A stretch of 63,682 bases of DNA, the filler included. It is 3 parts of 3 records of this genome, joined end to end, with 100 filler letters (N's around TTAATTAATTAA, not from the genome) between each part and the next. Parts side by side here need not be neighbours in the genome. Positions count along the whole stretch, not along the records: positions 31,164 to 55,626 come from SRR2962707_522; 2 more parts are not named here. One strand, given 5' to 3'. The position numbers and the translations under genes were made by a program. Numbering within the stretch: position 1 is the first letter of the stretch; every line of letters starts with the position of its first letter. Below the pieces are notes generated by a model, which did no database searches, was not told where the DNA came from, and saw nothing but the letters and a program-made list of their open reading frames with translations. Of this stretch, positions 38,366-47,843 are shown in pieces.

Positions 38366-40231
38366 TCACACACCCCGACGCTGCTTTGCGCGCTCCGCTT
38401 CGATTTCCGTGTGTTTTTCAGCGACTTTGGCATTTTCCGTGATATGCGGTGTGCCCACTTCCCACCAAGTATGGCCTTCTGTCGTCCAGCCATCATAAGC
38501 ATCGACCTTCATGACAATGACACTTGTTTTGTCAGCAGCTTTCGCCCGTTTGAACGCCTCGGCAAAATCGACTGGGTTGGCGACCGTTTCTGCATGCGCC
38601 CCCATCGAGGCCGCGTGAGCTTCGAAGTCGACCGCAAAAGGCGCTGGTACTGTGGGGCAATCTTCCAGCAGATTGTTAAAGCTTTCATTCCCAGTGTTGT
38701 TTTGCAGCTTGTTGATGACCGCAAAGCCGCCGTTATCCAGCACACAAATGATCAGCTTTCGCCCGGTCAGGACCGATGAATAGATATCTGAGTTCATCAG
38801 CAGGTAAGATCCGTCACCAGTAAAGACGACGGTGTCTTTGTCAGGCTCACGCTCAAACTGGGCAATACGGGCCCCCCATCCACCGGCAATCTCATATCCC
38901 ATGCAAGAGAAGCCGAACTCGACATCCACCGTACCAATGTCTTTTGTCTGCCAATGCGCCGTGACTTCAGCAGGTAGGCCGCCCGCCGCCGCCACAACCC
39001 GATCGCGATCATCGCAAAGATCGTTAACAACCCGTATCGCCTGACAATAGGAATTAGGACCATTCCCAGGAGTCGTGATCTTATCAGTATAGGCGACCCA
39101 TTTGACCCGCTTTTCCTTGGCAAAGTCAGTCCAGGCGTCAGGTGCTTTATAATCGCCCAATGCCTCAACCAACGCAGGAAGGCTAAGTTTTGCATCCCCA
39201 ACCACAGGCAACGACATGTGTTTCATTGCATCATGACGACCGACATTCACACCAATGATCTTTGCGTCCTGCGCAAAGGCTGTCCATGATCCGGTGGTGA
39301 AATCCTGCAAACGCGTCCCAACAGCGACGATCACATCCGCCTTGGCCGCAATGTCATTTGCACTGTCTGATCCCGTGACCCCAACCGGGCCGATGTTCAA
39401 TGCGTGATCCTGGAGCAGGTTGGCACGACCGGCGATAGTTTCAACGACCGGGATATTGTGTGTTTCGGCAAATTTCGTCAGCTCTGCCACAGCACCTGCA
39501 TATTGCACACCGCCACCTGCGATGATCATCGGGCGTTCCGCCCCTGAAAGCATTGCTGCCGCTTCTGCGATTTCAGCGGTGTCCGGCCCCTGACGGCGGA
39601 TGCGATGAACACGTTTTTTGAAAAAGCTCTCTGGATAGTCGTAGGTCCAGCCCTGAACATCCTGAGGCAGACCAATGAACGCAGGCCCGCAATCCGCCGG
39701 ATCCAACATGGTTGCCAAGGCCGCAGGCAACGACTGCAAAATCTGAGCCGGGTGCGTGATTCGATCCCAGAACCGGGTAACGGCTTTGAAGGAGTCATTC
39801 ACGCCGAGCGCCGGATTCCCAAAATGCTCAAGCTGTTGCAGCACGGGATCAGGCAGACGGGTGATAAACGTATCGCCGCACAGCATCAGCATTGGCAAAC
39901 GGTTCGCATGCGCCAAGGCAGCAGAGGTCAAAAGATTCGTCGTGCCGGGACCCGCGCTGGCCGTGCAGAACATAAAGCGCTGACGCAACCACTGCTTACT
40001 ATAAGCCGCGGCAGCAAAGCCCATGCTTTGTTCATTTTGACCGCGATACAGCGGAAGCGCATCGCGCGAATCATACAGTGCTTCACCAAGACAGGTCACG
40101 TTGCCGTGCCCAAAGATACCAAATCCGCCGCCGCAAACGCGCAGCTCTTGACCGTCTACGATGATGTATTGATTGGCGAGATACTTAATGATCGCCTGTG
40201 CCGTTGTCAGCTGAATAGTGCGGTTCGTCAT
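38366..40231 (-). CDS. iolD: 3D-(3,5/4)-trihydroxycyclohexane-1,2-dione acylhydrolase
   Basis: LTTAQA, GIFGHGNV, NEQSM, PDPVLQQLE, EFGFSCMGYEIAG, GDGSYL. Confidence 0.96.
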   Translation of the reverse strand: MTNRTIQLTTAQAIIKYLANQYIIVDGQELRVCGGGFGIFGHGNVTCLGEALYDSRDALPLYRGQNEQSMGFAAAAYSKQWLRQRFMFCTASAGPGTTNLLTSAALAHANRLPMLMLCGDTFITRLPDPVLQQLEHFGNPALGVNDSFKAVTRFWDRITHPAQILQSLPAALATMLDPADCGPAFIGLPQDVQGWTYDYPESFFKKRVHRIRRQGPDTAEIAEAAAMLSGAERPMIIAGGGVQYAGAVAELTKFAETHNIPVVETIAGRANLLQDHALNIGPVGVTGSDSANDIAAKADVIVAVGTRLQDFTTGSWTAFAQDAKIIGVNVGRHDAMKHMSLPVVGDAKLSLPALVEALGDYKAPDAWTDFAKEKRVKWVAYTDKITTPGNGPNSYCQAIRVVNDLCDDRDRVVAAAGGLPAEVTAHWQTKDIGTVDVEFGFSCMGYEIAGGWGARIAQFEREPDKDTVVFTGDGSYLLMNSDIYSSVLTGRKLIICVLDNGGFAVINKLQNNTGNESFNNLLEDCPTVPAPFAVDFEAHAASMGAHAETVANPVDFAEAFKRAKAADKTSVIVMKVDAYDGWTTEGHTWWEVGTPHITENAKVAEKHTEIEAERAKQRRGV

Positions 40232-40304
40232 GTGCCTATTTCTTCCTCAAGACCGCCAATAAGGCGATTGTCGCTTGCGCGCTTTCGAATCCAACGATAC
40301 TAAT

Positions 40305-40322
40305 TTTGCAACCGGTTGCAAA
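40305..40322. promoter_or_regulatory. LacI-type operator, copy 1
   Basis: Perfect palindrome TTTGCAACCGGTTGCAAA between divergent iol operons. Confidence 0.85.
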
Positions 40323-40347
40323 CCAATTTTCACAGAAAGCGTTCAAG

Positions 40348-41445
40348 ATGACAGAAATAGGCATCGGGATCATAGGCGGTGGATATATGGGGAAAGCCCA
40401 TGCTGTCGCAATGTCAGCCGTTGGCGCGGTCTTCAATACTGCGTTGCGCCCTCGGCTGGAAATGGTCTGTGCGCGATCGGAAGAAAGCGCCGAAACTTAC
40501 CGTAAGGCGTTTGGCTTTGCCCGTGGCACTTCGGACTGGAAAACGCTGGTGAACGATCCCCGCGTCGAAGCCATTGTCATCGCCTCGCCGCAAGAAACCC
40601 ATCGCGAGATCGCTCTGGCAGCCTTTGCCCTGAACAAACCTGTGCTGTGCGAAAAGCCCCTTGGCGCGTCATTAGAAGACAGCCGCGCCATGGTTGCCGC
40701 CGCCGAAGGTCAGATCAGTATGACCGGGTTCAACTATATCCGAACCCCTGCCAGCCAATTTGCCCGCCAATTGATCGCAGACGGCGCGATTGGCGATGTC
40801 ACTTGGTTTCGCGGCGAACATACCGAAGACTTTCTGGCCGACCCGCAAAGCCCCGCTACCTGGCGCACAACCGGCGACGCCAATGGGACAATGGGGGATC
40901 TGGCCCCGCATATGATCAATGGGGCTTTGGCGCTGGTCGGCCCAATCACTTCTTTGATCGCAGAGGTCGAAACCGTGCATAGCACCCGCCCAGGAGGCGA
41001 CGTCACCAATGACGACCATGGGCAAATGATGTGCCGTTTTGCCAATGGAGCGATGGGCCAGCTGTATTTCAGCCGTATCAGCCATGGCCGCAAAATGGGC
41101 TATGCCTATGAGATTACCGGCACCAAAGGGGCAATCCGCTTTGATCAGGAAGATCAGAACGCGATCTGGCTCTATTCGCATGATGAACCAGAAGCGACCC
41201 GAGGGTTTCGCAAAATTCTGACAGGTCCAGCCCATCCCGACTATGAACCCTTTTGTCAGGGGCCCGGTCACGGCACCGGGTACCAAGATCAAATTACCAT
41301 CGAAGCGCGAGACTTTTTGCGCGCGATCGAAACCGAAACGCCCGTCTGGCCCACCTTTAAAGATGGAATGGACGTTAACCAAGTTGTCGCGGCGGCGATG
41401 GCCTCCTCTCAGGCAAAAGCCTGGGTCGATGTCTCAGCCGTTTAA
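40348..41445 (+). CDS. Gfo/Idh/MocA oxidoreductase (inositol stereoisomer dehydrogenase-like)
   Basis: GGGYMGKAH, LCEKP, GFNYIRTP, GDLAPH, GHGTGY. Confidence 0.88.
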   Translation: MTEIGIGIIGGGYMGKAHAVAMSAVGAVFNTALRPRLEMVCARSEESAETYRKAFGFARGTSDWKTLVNDPRVEAIVIASPQETHREIALAAFALNKPVLCEKPLGASLEDSRAMVAAAEGQISMTGFNYIRTPASQFARQLIADGAIGDVTWFRGEHTEDFLADPQSPATWRTTGDANGTMGDLAPHMINGALALVGPITSLIAEVETVHSTRPGGDVTNDDHGQMMCRFANGAMGQLYFSRISHGRKMGYAYEITGTKGAIRFDQEDQNAIWLYSHDEPEATRGFRKILTGPAHPDYEPFCQGPGHGTGYQDQITIEARDFLRAIETETPVWPTFKDGMDVNQVVAAAMASSQAKAWVDVSAV

Positions 41446-41466
41446 AAGTTTGCGAAAGGCAGCATT

Positions 41467-42357
41467 ATGACTATCAAAATCGGCAACGCCCCTTGTTCGT
41501 GGGGTATCGAATTCGCCAGTGATCCTTCTTATCCAACATGGCAATCCGTGTTGGATCAATGCGCGGGCGCCGGGTACACCGGCATTGAACTTGGACCTAT
41601 CGGCTATATGCCAGAGGATCCCAATGTTCTGGCACCGGCATTGGCCGAGCGTGACTTGGAAATCATTGGTGGCGTCATTTTCCGGGCGTTTCACGACCCC
41701 TCGAAATGGGACGACGTCATGGACGCTTCTGTGCGCACCTGCAAAGCGCTGGTGGCTCATGGGGCAAAACACCTTGTTTTGATCGACAGCATCGCAGAAC
41801 GCCGCGCGCCAACCGCGGGCCGTGCCGATGAAGCCGAGCAAATGGACAAGGCCGAATGGACCGCCTTCCGGGACCGCATCGCCACCATCGCCAAAATGGG
41901 GGCCGAAGAATACGGTCTGACCGTGGGCATTCACGCCCATGCTGGCGGCTTTATGGATTTCGAACCCGAGCTGGAGCGTTTGCTCTCTGAAGTCGACGAA
42001 GACATCCTGAAAATCTGTTTCGATACAGGGCACCACTCTTACGCGGGCTTTGACCCTGTTGCCTTTATGGATCGCTACATGAGCCGGATTTCCTATATGC
42101 ATTTCAAAGACATCGACCCCGTTGTCAAAGCGGATGTCGTGGCCAAGCGAACCGGGTTCTACAAGGCCTGCGGACAGGGCATCTTCTGTAACCTTGGTCA
42201 AGGTGATGTTGACTTTCCAGCCGTGCGCCAACGGCTGCTTGATGCGAATTTCGAAGGCTGGTGCACCGTTGAGCAGGATTGCGACCCTGCCATGCCGGGC
42301 ACCCCGCTCGAAGACGCGCGCGCGAATCGCGAATACCTGCAATCTATTGGCTTTTAG
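41467..42357 (+). CDS. iolE: myo-inosose-2 dehydratase
   Basis: IGNAPCSWG, ELGP.GY, CFDTGH, YMHFKD, VEQD. Confidence 0.85.
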   Translation: MTIKIGNAPCSWGIEFASDPSYPTWQSVLDQCAGAGYTGIELGPIGYMPEDPNVLAPALAERDLEIIGGVIFRAFHDPSKWDDVMDASVRTCKALVAHGAKHLVLIDSIAERRAPTAGRADEAEQMDKAEWTAFRDRIATIAKMGAEEYGLTVGIHAHAGGFMDFEPELERLLSEVDEDILKICFDTGHHSYAGFDPVAFMDRYMSRISYMHFKDIDPVVKADVVAKRTGFYKACGQGIFCNLGQGDVDFPAVRQRLLDANFEGWCTVEQDCDPAMPGTPLEDARANREYLQSIGF

Positions 42358-42368
42358 GGAAATCTCGT

Positions 42369-43529
42369 ATGGATAAACTAAAATGGGGTATGATCGGTGG
42401 TGGCGAAGGTAGCCAAATCGGTCCAGCCCACCGCTTGGGTTCTGGCCTTGATGGTCTGTTCGAATTCACAGCCGGCGCTTTAGATCACCGTCCGGACGCT
42501 GGCCGTGATTACGGGCAACGCTTGGGCTTGGCCAAAGACCGATCATACGGCGACTGGACCGAGATGCTGGCGGGTGAAAAAGGCCGTGACGATCGTGTTG
42601 ATCTGGTCACGGTCGCCACGCCAAACGCCACGCATTTCGAGATTACCAAAGCCTTTCTAGAGGCCGGATTTCATGTTCTTTGCGAAAAGCCTATGACAAT
42701 GACGGTAGAAGAAGGTGAGGAGATCGTAAAAATCGCGAGATCCACCGGCAATATCTGTGCCGTCAACTATGGCTACAGCGGGTATTCTTTGGTGCGCCAC
42801 ATGCGCGCCATGGTCGCCCGTGGGGACATCGGGAAGGTCCGGTTGGTCAAAGCTGAATTCGCTCATGGCCACCATGCCGATGCCGCTGACGCAGACAACC
42901 CTCGGGTCCGTTGGCGGTATGACCCGGCGCAGGCCGGCGTATCCGCGCAATTTGCCGATTGCGGTATTCATGCGCTTCACATGGCGTCGTTTGTGACGGG
43001 GCAAGAGGTTACCAAACTCTCGGCGGATTGTGTCTCTTGTATCGATGTTCGAGTGCTTGAAGACGATGCAATGGTTAACTTCCGGATGGATGGGGGGGCG
43101 GTCGGTCGACTTTGGACCTCCTCCATAGCCATAGGACGCCAGCATGGCTTGACGCTTCAAGTGTTTGGCGAAACGGGCGGGCTACGCTGGTCCCAGGAAC
43201 AGCCGAATCAATTGTTCTATATGCCCTTGGGCGAAAGACTTCAGACAATTGAGCGCGGCGAAGGAAACCTGTCGCCCGAAGCCGATCGTACCAGCCGTGT
43301 AACTGTCGGTCACGCCGAAGGTATGCCCCTTGCTTTCGCCAATATTTACAGTGACTTGGCAGAAGCGATACAGGCGCGCAAGGAGGGTCGTGAAATGGAT
43401 CAAGCCGCCAATCTATACCCGCGCGCCGAAGACGGATTGCGGTCTATGGCAGCAGTATTTGCTGTAGCGGAAAGTGGAAAATCAGACGGCTCGTGGCTCG
43501 ATGCTCGTCCACCAATGTTCCGCACTTAA
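42369..43529 (+). CDS. Gfo/Idh/MocA oxidoreductase
   Basis: GMIGGGEGSQIGPAHR, TPNATH, CEKP, WRYDPAQAG, GHAEG..AFANIY. Confidence 0.9.
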   Translation: MDKLKWGMIGGGEGSQIGPAHRLGSGLDGLFEFTAGALDHRPDAGRDYGQRLGLAKDRSYGDWTEMLAGEKGRDDRVDLVTVATPNATHFEITKAFLEAGFHVLCEKPMTMTVEEGEEIVKIARSTGNICAVNYGYSGYSLVRHMRAMVARGDIGKVRLVKAEFAHGHHADAADADNPRVRWRYDPAQAGVSAQFADCGIHALHMASFVTGQEVTKLSADCVSCIDVRVLEDDAMVNFRMDGGAVGRLWTSSIAIGRQHGLTLQVFGETGGLRWSQEQPNQLFYMPLGERLQTIERGEGNLSPEADRTSRVTVGHAEGMPLAFANIYSDLAEAIQARKEGREMDQAANLYPRAEDGLRSMAAVFAVAESGKSDGSWLDARPPMFRT

Positions 43530-43573
43530 ATCGCAAGATGCGCCCAACTTAGGGACGTAAAGAGCGTTTCAAA

Positions 43574-44572
43574 TCATGGGCGGGGCCGTAGCGTGCCCCG
43601 TTCAATCACTTTGCACGGAAACAATCGCGCCTCTGGATAGCGGTCAGGTTCGTCAAGCATGGCCACCATCAACTCAACGGACGAATTGATAATCTGTTGG
43701 ATTGGCTGATGTACGGTCGTCAGATTGATATATTCCCAAGACGCCATCTCCATGTCATTTAGACCAATGATACCAATATCTTGAGGAACGCTCAGGCCAA
43801 AGTCTTTGATGGCACTCAACGCGCCGATTGACAGGACATCATCACCGCAGAAATAGGCCTCTGCCCTGCCCGCGTTCAACAACCGCATCATTTCCTGGCG
43901 ACCTGCCTGAAAAGAATAAGCGTCGGCAAAACTATGGCTGAACCTGATGGTCGGATGACGGCGAATCTCTTCCTCAAAGCCCTTGAAACGGTCTTGAGTC
44001 GACGTGGCTGACTGGGGGCCCCCTAGGAACGCCACGTCGGTATAACCACGCTCCAGCAGCTCTCGTGCGGCCATACGGCCTGCTTCAACGTTATCAATTC
44101 CAACGACGTGTACTTGGGGGCTGCTGGAGTAACGGCCAAACGTATGAACCACGGGAAGCTTCTGATCACGAAACGCCAGAGAGAACACGGGTGGCAAGGT
44201 TGAAGAGGCGACGATTGCGCCATCGACCGAGTATTGTTGGAGCATTTTCAGCGAATTTTCGGGATCGATTTCATCGCTTAAATTGACCAGCAGGGGCCGT
44301 AAACCCCGGTCCTGCAATCCACGCGTGAACAAATCAAAGACCTGCAAAAAAATCGGGTTGTGAAAGTTGTTACTGACCAGGCCAATCAATTTAGTCCGGC
44401 GAGTCGTCAAACTCCGAGCAAGAAAATTCGGGCTGTACCCCAGTTCAGAGGCCGCTTTTTCCACTTTCCGGCGCATTTTCACGGAAACGGAAGCGCCATC
44501 CGTAAAGGTGCGCGAAACCGCCGAAGTCGAAACCCCTGCTCTCATCGCCACATCTTTTAGCGTTGCCGCCAT
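43574..44572 (-). CDS. LacI family regulator of the inositol cluster
   Basis: TLKDVAMRAGVSTSAVSR HTH, YSPNFLARSL hinge, LTTVHQP; start at MAATLK. Confidence 0.93.
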   Translation of the reverse strand: MAATLKDVAMRAGVSTSAVSRTFTDGASVSVKMRRKVEKAASELGYSPNFLARSLTTRRTKLIGLVSNNFHNPIFLQVFDLFTRGLQDRGLRPLLVNLSDEIDPENSLKMLQQYSVDGAIVASSTLPPVFSLAFRDQKLPVVHTFGRYSSSPQVHVVGIDNVEAGRMAARELLERGYTDVAFLGGPQSATSTQDRFKGFEEEIRRHPTIRFSHSFADAYSFQAGRQEMMRLLNAGRAEAYFCGDDVLSIGALSAIKDFGLSVPQDIGIIGLNDMEMASWEYINLTTVHQPIQQIINSSVELMVAMLDEPDRYPEARLFPCKVIERGTLRPRP

Positions 44573-44655
44573 GAACTTGCTCCACTTTTTCCCATTTTGT
44601 CGCGTTTGTTTACAGGAAGGTAAAAAAATCCGCAGCAGAAAAATTTCAAAAGCTG

Positions 44656-44673
44656 TTTGCAACCGGTTGCAAA
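44656..44673. promoter_or_regulatory. LacI-type operator, copy 2
   Basis: Identical TTTGCAACCGGTTGCAAA between lacI and the ABC operon. Confidence 0.85.
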
Positions 44674-44758
44674 AATTTCGAATCCATGTTCTCTTGAGCA
44701 TCGAGACGGGCAATACCCGCTCTAAATACGATGACTTCAAAGTTCTTGGGAGGAATAA

Positions 44759-45709
44759 ATGAAATCCATTGTGACGAAACTGATGCTGACGGCCGCCGTT
44801 ATTGCATCCCCTTTCATGGCTGCTGCTGACGGCCATGGCGATGATCTGACCTACATCATGGTCAGCCACGCACCAGATTCAGACAGCTGGTGGAACACGA
44901 TCAAAAACGGCATCTCGCTCGCAGGCGAACAGATGGATGTTTCAGTCGAGTACCGCAACCCGCCAACTGGCGACCTTGCTGACATGGCCCGCATCATCGA
45001 GCAGGCCGCCGCTTCTGGTCCAAACGGCATCATTACAACACTCAGCGACTATGACGTCCTCAAAGGGCCAATCATGGCAGCTGTCGACCAAGGCATCGAC
45101 GTCATCATCATGAACTCTGGCTCACCTGCGCAAGCGCGTGAAGTTGGTGCATTGATGTATGTTGGTCAGCCTGAGTACGATGCGGGCCACGCGGCTGGCA
45201 TGCGCGCTAAGGGTGACGGCGTTGGTTCGTTCCTCTGCGTTAACCACTACATCAGCTCGCCTTCGTCCACTGAGCGTTGCCAAGGCTTCGCTGACGGCCT
45301 GGGCGTCGAGCTCGGCAACCAGATGATCGACAGCGGACAGGATCCGTCCGAGATCAAAAACCGTGTTCTGGCGTATTTGTCGGCAAACCCAGAGACAGAC
45401 GCTGTTCTGACACTTGGGCCAACCTCTGCTGACCCAACCATTCTGGCGTTGAACGAAAACGGCTTGGCTGGCGACATCTACTTTGGCACCTTTGACCTTG
45501 GCGAAGAGATCGTCAAAGGCCTGAAAGCTGGCATCATCAACTGGGGTATTGATCAGCAGCCCTTCCTGCAGGCATACCTGCCGGTCGTCGTGCTGAGCAA
45601 CTACCACCGTTATGGCGTTCTGCCTGGCAACAACATCAACTCAGGTCCTGGCTTTGTGACAGCCGATGGTCTTGAAATGGTTGAAAAATTCGCTGGCGAA
45701 TTCCGGTAA
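44759..45709 (+). CDS. Sugar (inositol) ABC transporter substrate-binding protein
   Basis: Signal peptide, SHAPDSDSWW, YVGQPEYDAG, IDQQPFLQAY. Confidence 0.9.
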   Translation: MKSIVTKLMLTAAVIASPFMAAADGHGDDLTYIMVSHAPDSDSWWNTIKNGISLAGEQMDVSVEYRNPPTGDLADMARIIEQAAASGPNGIITTLSDYDVLKGPIMAAVDQGIDVIIMNSGSPAQAREVGALMYVGQPEYDAGHAAGMRAKGDGVGSFLCVNHYISSPSSTERCQGFADGLGVELGNQMIDSGQDPSEIKNRVLAYLSANPETDAVLTLGPTSADPTILALNENGLAGDIYFGTFDLGEEIVKGLKAGIINWGIDQQPFLQAYLPVVVLSNYHRYGVLPGNNINSGPGFVTADGLEMVEKFAGEFR

Positions 45710-45721
45710 ATTCTTCTGATT

Positions 45722-45758
45722 GGGCGGCCTATGGTTTTGCATTGGCCGCCCTTTTTTT
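45722..45758 (+). terminator. Rho-independent terminator-like hairpin after the binding-protein gene
   Basis: GGGCGGCC...GGCCGCCC followed by T7. Confidence 0.75.
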
Positions 45759-45779
45759 ATCCAAATTTTGGGGGTTTCG

Positions 45780-46892
45780 ATGTCTGACGTGACAAACGAT
45801 GACGAACGCATCAAGGACATTTCACGCTTTAGAAAAGCGCTTATTAGACCAGAGCTCGGCGGCATGGTTGGTACAGTCGCAGTCTTTACTGTATTTGGCC
45901 TTATTGCTTGGGACACCGGCATGTTCAGCGCAGCTGGCATTCTAAACTGGAGCCAGGTTTCCGCACAATTCATGATCATCGCAGTTGGCGCTTGCCTCTT
46001 GATGATTTCGGGCGAATTCGACCTCTCGGTCGGGTCTATGATTGGCTTTGCTGGCATGATGGTCGCCCTGATGGGTCCCATAATGGGATTACCCATGTGG
46101 CTGGTCATTATTCTAACATTTGTAATTTGCGTCGGGTTTGGCGCTCTCAACGGGTATATTGTGGTTCGAACGGGGCTTCCGAGCTTCATCGTAACACTGG
46201 CCACCCTGTTCATTTTGCGTGGCTTCACGATCTTCCTGCCGCAAGCGATTGAAAACAAAACGATCATCGGCGGTATCAACGACCATGCAGCTGGCGACTG
46301 GCTTGCGCCCCTCTTCGGCGGCACCATCGGACGCGGCTTTTTTCAATGGCTCGGTGATATTGGCGTCATTGGTGTTTTCACCCGCGGCACACGCGAAGGG
46401 CAACCCGTCGTTGAGGGCATTCCTGTTCTCATCCTCTGGGCTATTGGCCTTGTGATAGTCGGCCACATTATTTTGACGCGAACACGCTTCGGCAACTGGA
46501 TCTTCGCATCGGGTGGTGATGCTCAAGCTGCACGTTATACTGGTGTGCCCGTTAGCCGTGTCAAAATTTTGATGTTCATGTTCACCGCGTTTTGCGCAAC
46601 GGTTTTCGCCTTGTGTCAGGTGATGGAATTCGGCGGCGCCGGTTCGGACCGCGGTATTCTGAAAGAGTTCGAAGCCATTATTGCTGTGGTTATCGGTGGC
46701 GCGTTGCTAACTGGCGGTTATGGCTCGGTGATTGGCGCAGCACTTGGAGCGTTGATCTTTGGCGTGGTCCAACAGGGTCTGTTCTTTGCAGGTGTTGAAT
46801 CTTCGCTATTCCGCGTGTTCCTTGGCGTCATCCTGCTCTTGGCTGTGATCCTGAACACTTACATTCGTCGTCTGATTACAGGAGAACGCTAA
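45780..46892 (+). CDS. Sugar ABC transporter permease
   Basis: GEFDLSVGS, TRFGNWIFASGG, AVVIGGALLTGGYGS. Confidence 0.92.
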   Translation: MSDVTNDDERIKDISRFRKALIRPELGGMVGTVAVFTVFGLIAWDTGMFSAAGILNWSQVSAQFMIIAVGACLLMISGEFDLSVGSMIGFAGMMVALMGPIMGLPMWLVIILTFVICVGFGALNGYIVVRTGLPSFIVTLATLFILRGFTIFLPQAIENKTIIGGINDHAAGDWLAPLFGGTIGRGFFQWLGDIGVIGVFTRGTREGQPVVEGIPVLILWAIGLVIVGHIILTRTRFGNWIFASGGDAQAARYTGVPVSRVKILMFMFTAFCATVFALCQVMEFGGAGSDRGILKEFEAIIAVVIGGALLTGGYGSVIGAALGALIFGVVQQGLFFAGVESSLFRVFLGVILLLAVILNTYIRRLITGER

Positions 46893-47668
46893 TGGACCCG
46901 ATTATCCGTATGAAAGACATCGAAAAGCACTTTGGCTCTGTGATTGCGCTGGCCGGTGTTACGGTAGAGTTCTACCCCGGTGAATGCCACTGCCTCTTGG
47001 GCGACAACGGTGCCGGCAAGTCGACCTTTATTAAGACGATGTCCGGTGTTCACAAACCGACAAAGGGCGAAATCACCTTTGATGGCAAGCCAATGCATTT
47101 TGAAGATCCGCGCGACAGTATCAACGCGGGGATTGCCACAGTGTACCAAGACTTGGCCATGATCCCGTTGATGTCCGTTAGCCGGAACTTCTTTATGGGC
47201 AATGAGCCGATCAAGAAGATTGCGGGAATGCCTTTCTTTGATCATGAGCACGCCAATGATGTGACCATGACAGAAATGCGTAAGATGGGCATCAACTTGC
47301 GAGGCCCTGATCAGGCGGTGGGTACATTGTCGGGCGGGGAACGCCAGACTGTTGCTATTGCCCGTGCGGTCTACTTCGGGGCGAAAGTCCTGATTTTGGA
47401 TGAGCCGACGTCGGCTTTGGGTGTTCGTCAGACCGCCAACGTTTTGGCCACCATCGACAAAGTGCGGAAACAAGGCATCTCGGTTGTCTTTATTACGCAC
47501 AACGTCCGTCATGCGATGGCAGTTGGTGATCGTTTCACGGTTCTGAACCGCGGCAAAACCTATGGCACAGCCAAGAAAGGCGAAATTACGCCCGAAGCCC
47601 TTCAGGACATGATGGCCGGTGGCCAAGAGCTCGCATCCCTTGAGGGATCTCTCGGCGGCACAGTCTAA
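46892..47668 (+). CDS. Sugar ABC transporter ATP-binding protein
   Basis: GDNGAGKST, LSGGERQ, LDEPTSALG. Confidence 0.94.
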   Translation: MDPIIRMKDIEKHFGSVIALAGVTVEFYPGECHCLLGDNGAGKSTFIKTMSGVHKPTKGEITFDGKPMHFEDPRDSINAGIATVYQDLAMIPLMSVSRNFFMGNEPIKKIAGMPFFDHEHANDVTMTEMRKMGINLRGPDQAVGTLSGGERQTVAIARAVYFGAKVLILDEPTSALGVRQTANVLATIDKVRKQGISVVFITHNVRHAMAVGDRFTVLNRGKTYGTAKKGEITPEALQDMMAGGQELASLEGSLGGTV

Positions 47669-47714
47669 ACGCTTAATATTCGCCCATCTCACGAGGCGAA
47701 ACATACCAACTTTC

Positions 47715-47748
47715 GGGCGGCTTCCTTTCAGGAGCCGCCTATTTTTTT
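47715..47748 (+). terminator. Rho-independent terminator
   Basis: GGCGGCTTCCT-TTC-AGGAGCCGCC followed by a T run. Confidence 0.75.
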
Positions 47749-47843
47749 GCTTATCCCAAATCGACACCGAAACTTGCCCTTGCCATCTTGTTGTTTGCGC
47801 AAACATCTGGAAAGACTCGGGCAACTTGACGAAAGGGCGTTGC

